A DNA stretch of 64,000 nt from Andalucia godoyi And28. Its lineage: Eukaryota; Protista; Jakobida. The position numbers were made by a program, and so were the translations under genes. The notes under the pieces were generated by a model, which was not told the origin of the DNA, made no database searches, and saw nothing but the letters and a program-made list of their open reading frames with translations. The stretch covers positions 160,438 to 224,437 of the forward strand of contig VRVR01000028.1 in assembly GCA_009859145.1 (NCBI GenBank), given 5' to 3'. Every line of letters begins with the position of its first letter. Position 1 is the first letter of the stretch. This document shows positions 33,645 through 43,440 of this stretch, piece by piece.

Positions 33645-34079
33645 ATTCTGATTCTGGTTCTGATTCTGGTATCTGGATGCGGATTCAGAGTCCGATGCTT
33701 GGTTGGTTAGTGACTTAGACTGCATAATCGCAGACAATGATTGCGACGCAAGAAATTCTTGCAGCTTCGCTTGATCTTCTTTGGTATTTCGCCGTTTTGA
33801 ATTGGGCTTTGAAACTAAGGATTGGCCATCATCACGCGTATCTTCTTGCGAGTCCTTCTTGCGATCAAATCCTTTCCGAAATCTCGCAGAAATCGGCCTC
33901 GGAGGAACTAACCAAACAAGAAGCAAAATACGAAAAACGAAAAAAAAATATAATAAACAGAATGGTTAATCAATTAATCGTATCATAATAAGAAAAACGA
34001 GGTAAGCAAAGGAGACAAAAATGCACTTCCAAATTTAAAAAAAGGACGAATAAACAGACGAAAACATACGCGTAAACAT
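30861..34079 (-). CDS. Large low-complexity disordered protein; exon 1 34079-34070, intron 34069-33908, exon 2 33907-30861
   Basis: 1021-codon ORF with (NQ)n, (HD)n, poly-D and repeated S(I/V)WGDD motifs. ATG TTT ACG C|GTATGT...pyrimidine tract TTAG|TT CCT CCG joins in frame (MFTLPPRPISAR). Confidence 0.75.
33610..33670 (-). repeat. Coding hexamer repeat (CAGAA(C/T))n encoding (NQ)n
   Basis: About 10 TTCTG(G/A) units on the + strand, inside the ORF. Confidence 0.85.
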
Positions 34080-34303
34080 TCAAGCCCCGGCCTCCTGTTT
34101 TGGTTCGTTATCAATAGTATAAATACGAATATAAATGCAGATATTCTCTTTTTGCAGATCTTTATTCTTCAGAAAGCCACGATTAGCGCAGCGCCGATCA
34201 AACGATCGAAGGCTCTTCTTATTGGAAGCCCCCATGCAGACGGGTTATTTGAGAATTAATAACGTCCTGTTTTCCAAAAAGAATTGTCTTTCCTTTATCT
34301 ACA

Positions 34304-34460
34304 GCCGCTTGCCAAAAACAAGAATCATGGTTGGTCATCATCGGCGAAGCTGTCACCGAAGACATATCCAAAGCCACATGCTTCTTTGATTTTCATTCAT
34401 TTAGGGACGAACACCAGCTCTTCAATGCAGACTGCTCTGCACCAGAGATGCGTCGCAATC
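34304..34460 (+). repeat. Degenerate dispersed repeat family C, copy C1
   Basis: Shares blocks aagctgtcaccgaa.aca.atccaa(a)gccacatg and cacca.ctcttcaatgcaga.tgct with 62720-62859; an extra block 34618-34648 matches 62955-62984. Confidence 0.75.
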
Positions 34461-34701
34461 ACGGGTTTCTTGGTTCTCGCTCTCTTCAGGCATGGCCGAT
34501 TTGTGTTTTTCGGGAAGATCCCTCTTTGGAGCCATGCGATGTTTTGTCTCTGATGAAAGACGCTGCTTGAGGGTTCGATTATGAAAAACAAACAGAAAAT
34601 AGTAGAAAGAAAAAATAGTGAAGAATGAAAGAAATTCTAGCCTTGGCTAACGTGAGACAATAGCATTGTTTGATGTTCAACGTTGATACGCAAAGCTGTG
34701 A

Positions 34702-35138
34702 GCCGCTGAATAATAACACGTCATTGTCATGCATACGGGAGTATGCATAAACAGACACGGTCAATACTGGCCGACACTAGCACGTTTGTTTCACAGGGGA
34801 ATTCGTGCTTGCGCACGCACAGGCTCCGCATTTTCGACTCTCTTTAACGCAGCATCCGTAGCCATCTATTCTATCATTCGTTGGTTTGGTTTTTTGGTTT
34901 CACTTTTTGCAACGTTTATGCCATAAGGCGACCGAGTATCGCGAGCGGCGCAAGCAAAGTGTCTGCATGTCCCGCGTGTAGCTCACAGATTGATCGAGAT
35001 TGGGAACGGAGCGCGGAACATCTATCTGAAGAATGCCGTGAGGTGTGTTGGGAGCCTATCCCCTTCCCGGCAACGAGATGCAAGTTTGAATATGCATATC
35101 TACGAATAGACATGCAGGTTCAGTGTATAATGAAGGCG
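34702..35138 (+). repeat. Dispersed element family A, copy A3 (20-nt G/T-rich insertion at 34883-34902)
   Basis: Aligns with A1 and A2. Confidence 0.92.
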
Positions 35139-35403
35139 TCGGAGAGGAGAGGAGAAGGGGGGTGGTTTACATTGTGCGTGTGTCTTTGAAAGAACTTGAA
35201 GTTGAGTTTTCTTTCTGGCGCACGCACTTCGTTTCGAACAGAGGTTTTTGTTTTTGTTTTTGTTTTTGTTTTTGTTTTGAGATTCTGTGTATAACAACAC
35301 TGGACAGCATTTTCGACTCATTTGGATGCGGTTGTGAGTGAGTTGCTTGGTAACGGAAAAAAAAAAAAGAAAAGAAAAAAAAGAAGCCGATTCGCGAAGA
35401 GAC

Positions 35404-38400
35404 ATGGTACACGATCGTGTGTTTCGCGTAAGAGGCAACGACGACGATCACAACAACAACGAAAATCAAAACGACAATGAAAACGAAAATGGTGAGGAGG
35501 AGCAAGACGGGGTGCACCTTTTGGCAGACGCAAGCAGGTATGCCACCGGGAGCAATGGCAGTGGGAATGGGAATGATGCTACCGCGAATCGGCCGGCATC
35601 GGTTGGCGAATCACTGCCGTTCCGTGTGATTTCTGCAGAGGATGCTTCTCGCGAATCTGTGTTTGTATTGTGCAATTGGCTGCGGACGGATTCTGTAAAA
35701 GGACTGTCCGTGGAAGAAGCCGTCAGGAGATTTGGGCTGTTTGGACCAAATATCCTTCCCGGCGACACTCCGATCCAAAAATCGTTTTTCCAGGTTCTTC
35801 TAAAGGAGATGCGAGAGCCAATGATTATTCTGCTTCTGTTTGTTGCCATCTTGTATTTTGCACTGGAGGAAATTGGCGAGGCGTTGTTTGTCAGCATCAT
35901 CATCGGTGCAGTGATATGCATCGAAGTGTGGAATGAAAGACGATCAAAGGCCGCGGTTGATTTGCTGCGGTCCACAGTGAAGCCCATGGGGATTGTTCGA
36001 CGAAACGGTGCGTTGATGAAGGTGGAATCATCTGAAATTACAATCGGAGATGTTTTGGCTTTGAAGGCTGGGCAGAGGTTAGCTGCAGACGTCAGACTCA
36101 TTTCTTCATCGGGCCTGGAAGTAGAGGAGTCACTGCTGACCGGAGAATCCGAGCCGATTCCAAAGTCCGCGTCCTCTGATGCTACGTTGGATGCACTGCA
36201 GGGATATCCCAATGGCTTGGACTCGAGAATTGATTCTTCGTTCTCGGGCTACGTCCCTCGAAATGTCCTGATTGCCGGTTCCTCCGTCGTCAAGGGATCC
36301 GGGGTGGCAGTCGTGTATGCAATAGGCGGCTCTACAAGAGTGGGCAAACTTGGAAAGTCCCTGGATGACGTCTCCAAACCAAAAAAGACACCGTTGCAAA
36401 AAGTCATGAAGAAGTTCGCCTTCCGATTCTCTTTGTGCGCCGTGTCGTTTTCGGTGATCGTTTTCTTCGGTTTGCTGTTCTTAACAAACGCATCTTGGAA
36501 GGTGGCGCTAATTTCGTCACTGAGCCTTGCGTTCGTGACAATTCCCGAGGAGCTACCATTGCTGATCAAATCCGTAATGGCAGTCGGGGCATATGCACTG
36601 TCTAAGAGCCACCACATTATCATGAAGCAAGTGCAGTCCGTGGAGGCAATTGCTTCCTGCAGTGTTCTCTTTTCGGACAAGACCGGTACTCTCACCAGAA
36701 ACAAACTCAGCCTTGCAAAAGCCGTCACGTTCAGAAAGGCATTTGATGTACCGGAATTTTCAGTTGCGTCCCCACGCGGATTAAATGCTGCGGCTTCGGA
36801 AGAGATTGCAAAATCTGTCGTGATCGATGCGCGCGTTCCGACTGGCTCTTTGCTGAATGCATGGGGGTTTTTGTCCTCCGACTTGAGTTACCTCATGGCC
36901 CTGCTTGCTAATGAAATTTCAACCAGGGATGCGCAGTTGCAAGATCCATTTGACGATGCCGTATATGCGGCACTCCAGTCGACGTCGTCTCCGAACGATG
37001 TTTCTTGCGACTCCTTGCTGTCATCTCTGAGAACTGTGGTTGGGACAGCGGACATCCCACCTGCAGTTGTTTCCCAATACGAACGTCTTCGCGGGAAGCT
37101 GCTCGCATTCCAGGATTCATCTCCACAGTCTCCTGGAAAATCAGACTCGGAGACCAGCCTTTCTGCTTCACTTCTGATTAAAGGAGCTCCAGAAGATGTG
37201 GTTTCGAAATGTGGGCGGCTTCGCACAGAGAGCGAAGGAGATATCCCCTTAAGTTCTCATGCAAAGGCCCTGATTTTGTCGTACGTCTCGTCTCTTGCGG
37301 GTCGAGGATTTCGTCTCATCGCCCTCGCCCAGCAAGATACTCGATTTCCTCTGCACCTTGACGTCCGCGTAGATAATGGAGCATTTGTGGGCTCGGAAGA
37401 AAGTGTGACGGACTTTATCCGGGATCATTGCCAGGACGGGTCGTTTGTATTCCTGGGATTTCTGATGTTTGAAGATCCGCTCCGAGAAGACGCTGCAGAG
37501 GCCGTGGACTGGATCCGTTCCGCGGGGATTCATGTCGTTGTCGTGTCGGGTGATCATTCGCGCACCGTGCAGTCCGTGCTTGGCACACTGGTTAAGCAGC
37601 CTGAGAGACATGCTGATCTGTCTGTCCTCACCGAAGCTGGAATCGGGCCGTTTGTACTGGATTGTTTCTCAGTTCTGCAGTCATACTCTACGCACTCTGG
37701 AGATACGGAAATGTCGTTCAGCACGTTTCTTAGCGACTATCTTTCGCAGGTTGTGAATGCCTTGAAAGATCGGGTTTCTGGGTCTTTGCACCAAGTGACG
37801 AATGGCAAAGGGGCGATTGTAGGTGTCGCCAGGGCCACGCCCGATGTCAAGTTGTCGCTGCTGCGAATGCTGCGAGACGGCCAGCATCGAGTCATTGTTG
37901 CGGGGGATGGGCTGAACGACGTGCCTTCGCTGAAAGAAGCGGATGTCGGCATTGCCATGGGACTAAACTCAGCGGACCTTGCCAAGGAGGTGGCTTCGGT
38001 CGTTCTCGCAGACAACAATATCTGCGCCGTTGCAGAATCCATTCGTGCGGGTCGTCGGTTGTATGTCAATCTATTCAAAGCAATCACATTCTACCTGGCA
38101 GCCAAGATTGCAATCGCGTTTGCTTTTGCGATTTGTATAGCCGCTGGAGTGGGCTCTCCGTTCCACTCGACTCATCTCATCATTGCAGAGGCATTCATGG
38201 ATGTCGGTGCTTCTCTGTCCTTTCTGTTCATGCCCATCGATCCATCGTTTGCTCTTCGCGGACCACATGTATATCCTGTTCTTTTCCAAGTCAAGTTTCT
38301 GGGGAAAATAGTGGCGGCGTGTGCTTTTGGCTTGTTCTTTACAATTATATTCTCCTTCATGACTGGGTGCAATTTTGATGCTTCGCGCTGTCGATCTGGA

Positions 38401-38766
38401 GAGGGACAGGAACGAGCGCAGTCTGCTGTTTTCCTCGGATGGATGATCGTCCATGTACTTGCAGCTCTGGTCATCGCGCAGATCGACTCACCAATTACAT
38501 TTCGCTTTTCTTGTAACTTCCGCAGCATGCTTTCCGTTTTTCAGGATCCTGTGTCGCGGGCTGGGTATCGAAACTGGGGCCTCTGGACTCTCACCGCCGT
38601 GTTGTTTGTCTTTGCAGCGTTTGTTCTTCCATTCGTTTCCACCTTTCTTGCTCTGACGGCGCTTTCACTTGGCCAGATCGCTCTTGTATTTCTATTCGTG
38701 GCCCTGGGATGCCTGGTCGTCAGCACGGCCCGCGTCTTTTTTCACCAAGAATGGTATCTGTCGTAA
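35404..38766 (+). CDS. P-type cation-transporting ATPase (type II-like, PEELP subfamily)
   Basis: ESLLTGES, TIPEELP, FSDKTGTLT, LIKGAPE, FEDPLR and GDGLNDVPSLKEADVGIAMG. Confidence 0.95.
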   Translation: MVHDRVFRVRGNDDDHNNNENQNDNENENGEEEQDGVHLLADASRYATGSNGSGNGNDATANRPASVGESLPFRVISAEDASRESVFVLCNWLRTDSVKGLSVEEAVRRFGLFGPNILPGDTPIQKSFFQVLLKEMREPMIILLLFVAILYFALEEIGEALFVSIIIGAVICIEVWNERRSKAAVDLLRSTVKPMGIVRRNGALMKVESSEITIGDVLALKAGQRLAADVRLISSSGLEVEESLLTGESEPIPKSASSDATLDALQGYPNGLDSRIDSSFSGYVPRNVLIAGSSVVKGSGVAVVYAIGGSTRVGKLGKSLDDVSKPKKTPLQKVMKKFAFRFSLCAVSFSVIVFFGLLFLTNASWKVALISSLSLAFVTIPEELPLLIKSVMAVGAYALSKSHHIIMKQVQSVEAIASCSVLFSDKTGTLTRNKLSLAKAVTFRKAFDVPEFSVASPRGLNAAASEEIAKSVVIDARVPTGSLLNAWGFLSSDLSYLMALLANEISTRDAQLQDPFDDAVYAALQSTSSPNDVSCDSLLSSLRTVVGTADIPPAVVSQYERLRGKLLAFQDSSPQSPGKSDSETSLSASLLIKGAPEDVVSKCGRLRTESEGDIPLSSHAKALILSYVSSLAGRGFRLIALAQQDTRFPLHLDVRVDNGAFVGSEESVTDFIRDHCQDGSFVFLGFLMFEDPLREDAAEAVDWIRSAGIHVVVVSGDHSRTVQSVLGTLVKQPERHADLSVLTEAGIGPFVLDCFSVLQSYSTHSGDTEMSFSTFLSDYLSQVVNALKDRVSGSLHQVTNGKGAIVGVARATPDVKLSLLRMLRDGQHRVIVAGDGLNDVPSLKEADVGIAMGLNSADLAKEVASVVLADNNICAVAESIRAGRRLYVNLFKAITFYLAAKIAIAFAFAICIAAGVGSPFHSTHLIIAEAFMDVGASLSFLFMPIDPSFALRGPHVYPVLFQVKFLGKIVAACAFGLFFTIIFSFMTGCNFDASRCRSGEGQERAQSAVFLGWMIVHVLAALVIAQIDSPITFRFSCNFRSMLSVFQDPVSRAGYRNWGLWTLTAVLFVFAAFVLPFVSTFLALTALSLGQIALVFLFVALGCLVVSTARVFFHQEWYLS

Positions 38767-39241
38767 TCATTTTTAAAAACATCACACAACCCTCTCCATC
38801 TCGTTAAAACTTTTTTTTCGTAATAGTACCAATTAGAACCAATTCGTTCTGATGCAGTGCGTCGCAGGCAAGGGCGGGGGGCAAAAGATTGTCATCTGTC
38901 AGCGGATGTCAGTGTTCCTTGGATGCATTCATCCACTGGCCACTCGAACTCGAACCCAGAGCCCAAAAACAGTCTCGTCTTGAACCTTGTGTCTCGGCGT
39001 GGCAGATTTTGAATCCTCAGTCAATTTGAAATTCCCTCTTTTCTTTTATTTATTGGTTTTTTCCTTTCTTCTCTTTTTCTCATTCTCTTCTTTCTTCTTT
39101 CTGTTTCGCTTGAACCTTTGGTTTTTCTCTCCCACTCCCCTTTTATTTGTTCTATTCAATATTTTTTTGTTGAAAGAAAGGTTCTTAAAAAAAAGAAAAA
39201 GAAAAGAAAAGAAAACAACGACAAGGACAAGTGACGACATA

Positions 39242-41080
39242 ATGACTCGGAATGTTGCGCCTGCTCGTTTTGAAGACACAATGACTAAGACACTGTCGTC
39301 ATCACCTGTCGAAGCATCACCTTTGATGATGTCGACGTCTGCGCGGACTACTGCTGCTGCGTCTACTACGCTTCAACAACCTGCTGCCGGTGGTGGATCT
39401 GCTGCTGCGTCGGCCAAGCTGCATAATGTCGTCCATGGGTCAGATGTGGACTTTATTGATCTTGAGGATACTGGAATCCATCTTCTCAACATTCTGCGGA
39501 ATCCGCCTGCTGCACTTCTGTATGAGCATGCGCTGCGGTATGAAAGCGAGTCTGTTCTTACTGCAACGGGGGCTCTGTCAGTTCGATCTGGTGCAAAGAC
39601 GGGTCGCTCGCCAAAGGACAAGCGCATCGTGAATGAGCCGTCCACTGCTGGAGACGTGTGGTGGGGTCCGGTGAATATCAAGCTCGACGAGGCGTCCTTC
39701 ATGATTAATCGTGAGCGTGCAGTGGATTATCTGAACACTAGAGAGCGCCTGTATGTCGTTGATGCGTTTGCCGGATGGGATCGCAAGTACAGAATCAAGG
39801 TTCGCGTGGTGTGTGCTCGGGCATACCATGCGTTGTTCATGGAGAACATGTTGATTAGACCGACTGCGGATGAGCTGGAGACGTTTGGAGAGCCGGACTA
39901 TGTCATTTATAATGCCGGGCAGTTCCCCTGTAATCGGTTTACAAAGGGAATGACGTCGTCAACATCAGTTTCGATCTGCTTTGACCGGCGAGAGATGGTC
40001 ATTCTGGGAACGCAGTATGCTGGAGAGATGAAGAAGGGTGTACTCACGATCATGATGTATTTGATGGCAAAGCAGGGAGTTCTCCCATTGCATTCATCTG
40101 CGAATGAAGGCGCCGATGGTTCCGTCACGCTCTTCTTTGGATTGTCGGGAACGGGAAAGACAACGCTTTCTGCAGATCCGCATCGTGCACTCATTGGAGA
40201 CGACGAGCACGTGTGGACAGAAGACGGCGTGTTTAACATTGAGGGCGGGTGCTACGCAAAGTGTGTGGGCTTGTCTGCCGCGACCGAGCCCGAGATATTC
40301 AACGCCATCCGTTTCGGAGCTGTGTTGGAGAACATCGTCATGGATCCGCACTCCAGATTGGTGGACTATGACAATATTTCGTTGACCGAGAACACTCGTG
40401 TTGCATATCCGCTCGAGTATATTCCGAATGCAAAGATCCCGGCGGTCGGTGGACATCCGACGAATATTGTCATGCTTGCGTGCGATGCGTTTGGTGTCTT
40501 GCCGCCAGTGTGCAAGCTGACGCCCAGCCAGGCCATGTACCACTTCATCTCTGGATACACTGCCAAGGTTGCCGGTACAGAAGTTGGCATTACGGAGCCG
40601 ACTCCCAATTTCTCTGCCTGCTTCGGTGAGCCGTTCCTTGTTTGGCATCCGACAAAGTATGCTGAAATGCTTGCAGACAAGATGCGCCTGCACGACACCC
40701 CGGCGTGGCTGGTCAACACTGGTTGGTCTGGTGGATCGTATGGAGTTGGAAAGCGCATGAAGTTGTCCATCACGCGCGCCATCATTGATGCGATCAACGA
40801 TGGTACACTTGAGCAGCAAGAGTTTGTCCAAGAGCCTATCTTTGGCATGTGGATCCCCAAGACCTGCCCGAAGGTTCCTGCCGAGATTCTCAACCCGCGG
40901 AACACATGGGCGAACAAGGAGCAGTATGATCGCACTGCTACCAAGCTTGCAACCATGTTTGTAGTGAACTTCAGGAAGTACCAGGACAAGGCGTCCACGG
41001 AACTTCTCGATGCAGCTCCCAAGAAGATCGATCTGTCCCTTGTTGACGAACATGATCTTGGCGGTGCGGCAATGGGATAA
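39242..41080 (+). CDS. PCK1: ATP-dependent phosphoenolpyruvate carboxykinase
   Basis: [52 protein letters not shown] and ENTRVAYP. Confidence 0.98.
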   Translation: MTRNVAPARFEDTMTKTLSSSPVEASPLMMSTSARTTAAASTTLQQPAAGGGSAAASAKLHNVVHGSDVDFIDLEDTGIHLLNILRNPPAALLYEHALRYESESVLTATGALSVRSGAKTGRSPKDKRIVNEPSTAGDVWWGPVNIKLDEASFMINRERAVDYLNTRERLYVVDAFAGWDRKYRIKVRVVCARAYHALFMENMLIRPTADELETFGEPDYVIYNAGQFPCNRFTKGMTSSTSVSICFDRREMVILGTQYAGEMKKGVLTIMMYLMAKQGVLPLHSSANEGADGSVTLFFGLSGTGKTTLSADPHRALIGDDEHVWTEDGVFNIEGGCYAKCVGLSAATEPEIFNAIRFGAVLENIVMDPHSRLVDYDNISLTENTRVAYPLEYIPNAKIPAVGGHPTNIVMLACDAFGVLPPVCKLTPSQAMYHFISGYTAKVAGTEVGITEPTPNFSACFGEPFLVWHPTKYAEMLADKMRLHDTPAWLVNTGWSGGSYGVGKRMKLSITRAIIDAINDGTLEQQEFVQEPIFGMWIPKTCPKVPAEILNPRNTWANKEQYDRTATKLATMFVVNFRKYQDKASTELLDAAPKKIDLSLVDEHDLGGAAMG

Positions 41081-41517
41081 AAAGAATGTGATATTCTTTT
41101 TTTCTGGCTTGCTGAACGTCATGTGTTGTGTGTTGTGTGTTGTGTGTTGTGTGTTATGTGTTCTTGTTCCTCCGTGTCTGGAGGAATCCAGGCGAAAGAA
41201 GAAGAGAAGGAAAACTAGTACGAAATTGTGTTCGAAATCGAAAATCTCGCAAGGAATCGAAATGTGTGATATCCACGTATGTATCGGAATCCGAAAGAAT
41301 TTGTGTTTGTGGCGTGATCGTCATTTTGTTGTCTCTGTCGTTGCTCAAAAATGATGTTGCTTCAGTAAAGAGAATGGTTTGATTGCCAGTTCATCCCACA
41401 TCACGTCTCTCTCTCTCTCTCTCTCTCTTGTGTGTGGCGTCAAGAAGGCACCGAGGGTTGCATGAAGGAGAAAGACAGAAAGAGAGAAAGAGATGTGTTT
41501 TACTCGGTGAGTTGTGT

Positions 41518-42546
41518 TCAGGTGGGAATCGCGGAGCCATGAGGAAGACGCTCTGCATGGTCGAGCAGATCATAGTGGCCTGGTCGGTACATCAAGTTCA
41601 CAGAGACACCCTCGAATCCCTCACGGAAATTGATACTTTCAAAATCGTACGTATTGACTTGGCCTGGTGTGCCATCCAGATACTCGACGTGCACTTTGAG
41701 ACACGGTACGGCTTGTACAAACGCTGAAAGTTGGACATGATCACCCTCCTTTCCCATCGGCTCGACCTCTGTCGCGCAGAAATCGGCCATTGCATAGAAT
41801 CCTTCTTGCAAAAACGGCATAAAGTCATCCGCATTGCTGCGCAGCGTAGCCGATGTGACGAAGCGCGTCCAGGACACAATGTATTCGGAAAACCCTTCCT
41901 GATTGAACAGCTCTTCCACCGCAACCACAAAGTCTGTCTTGGAAGCAAGTACCTGGTCAATTACGTCCTTCACACAGTCAACCATATCCTCTGCTGCAAA
42001 AGACGGGAACCCAGCCGCAAGAAACACATCCAATGTGCTCTGCACAAAGTCCCTCAACAGCACCAAATGGCCTTCTCCTCGCTGTGCCATCTGCTCAAAA
42101 ATCGAAAACGCAAGCGACCGATACATGCAGTTTCCGTCCGATCGAATCTGTCGATACCTCGGAAATCGCTGTGCAATCTTCAAGCTCTTTGCGTAAAATT
42201 CAGATCCCGGTTTGTAAGTTGCTGAAATGGACGACGAAGCAAGCCGCTTGCTCACAAAGGGCTGTCCTAACGAATGCGACCGTATCTCGTGCTGCTGACG
42301 ATCATAATCATCGTATGAATACGCAGATGCAGAAGACGACGAAGACGCCGAGGAACTCCCAGCGTGTGAGCGCAGGTTGTTGTTCAAATCACCACCATCA
42401 TTCTTTTGGTTGTTGTTGCTCTTACTATGACTACTACAACTATCATTATCACTGCTGCTGCTGCTGGCACTACAATGACTGCTACGATTATGATCCGTGT
42501 TATGGTCCGTATTGGAGGCATTGTGTTTGCTGGAATTGTTGCTCAT
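41518..42546 (-). CDS. OTUB1: Otubain deubiquitinase (peptidase C65) with Ser/Asn-rich N-terminus
   Basis: YRQIRSDGNCMYRS, EVEPMGKEGDHVQL, VEYLD and YRPGHYDLL. Confidence 0.93.
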   Translation of the reverse strand: MSNNSSKHNASNTDHNTDHNRSSHCSASSSSSDNDSCSSHSKSNNNQKNDGGDLNNNLRSHAGSSSASSSSSASAYSYDDYDRQQHEIRSHSLGQPFVSKRLASSSISATYKPGSEFYAKSLKIAQRFPRYRQIRSDGNCMYRSLAFSIFEQMAQRGEGHLVLLRDFVQSTLDVFLAAGFPSFAAEDMVDCVKDVIDQVLASKTDFVVAVEELFNQEGFSEYIVSWTRFVTSATLRSNADDFMPFLQEGFYAMADFCATEVEPMGKEGDHVQLSAFVQAVPCLKVHVEYLDGTPGQVNTYDFESINFREGFEGVSVNLMYRPGHYDLLDHAERLPHGSAIPT

Positions 42547-42960
42547 TCTTTCCGTCTTTCTTTCTGTTATTCGATCTTTGTTTAACGAAGGTGTCTCGTC
42601 CAAAAAATAAATAAATAAAGAAATAAAGAAATAAATACAATAACAAAAACAAATCAAACAGAAAACAGTAACAATCAAAGACGATCGCTACTTTAACTCT
42701 GCTTTCTTTGAGCTGAAAATTCCTGAATCTCCCCAATTGATGAAAGGTTGATGGAGTTGAGGAGTCGAGGAAAAAAGAAAAGATGCATCAATTGAGTCTG
42801 TGTGTTCTCTGTTTTCTTACAGTAGAAGATTCGACGGGACGCAGAATCGGGAAAACGGCGTTCCATTTATTTTATTTTTCATACATAAATTATACATATG
42901 TGTGTGTGTGTGTGTGTGTGCGGTTGGTGAATTGACGTGGAGAAGTGTGGTGGATAGAAA

Positions 42961-43254
42961 ATGGCGACCAAGGAAGCAGAGGCACAAAAGTCTCGATTGG
43001 ACTCGGTTCAGTCGCATGTGGATGCGGACGAGAGCTCGTCGATTGACACGGGAAGGGCCGCCGAAGCGCTCGCATCGCTCAAGCAAAGCACAAAATCAAG
43101 TGCACAACCGACAGTCATTCTCCAAAAACAAGACATCGATCTTCTTGTTTCGGAAATGGACATTTCAGAGACAGAAGCACAGAACCTCCTCATCAAAGCC
43201 GGTGGAAACTTCCAAACGGCACTTCAGTCGCTTGTTTCGAGCTCGGCTCCTTAG
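42961..43254 (+). CDS. HYPK: HYPK (NatA-associated, UBA-like)
   Basis: LDSVQSHVD...DIDLLVSEMDISETEAQNLLIKAGGNFQTALQSLV. Confidence 0.85.
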   Translation: MATKEAEAQKSRLDSVQSHVDADESSSIDTGRAAEALASLKQSTKSSAQPTVILQKQDIDLLVSEMDISETEAQNLLIKAGGNFQTALQSLVSSSAP

Positions 43255-43440
43255 CCCCAGCTCTTTCCAATCATAAATGGATTTCAGAAATCCTTTACGC
43301 AGTCGTTTAGGACTCTTCTATTTTAATAATAAAAAATAAATAACAAGCAAATAAATAAATACATAAATACATAAATATCATCCAACACGATACATCCGAT
43401 TTTTGTGTGCGTTCTTCGTGGTTTTTAATACTCGGGGAGG

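Noticed and set aside
38987-39241. Long N-terminal extensions in the ORF track (PEPCK, EXO1, CDK1, OTUB1, cornichon, P-type ATPase)
   Set aside because: They come from non-ATG starts reading through T-rich or A-rich UTRs; conserved domains begin at downstream ATGs.
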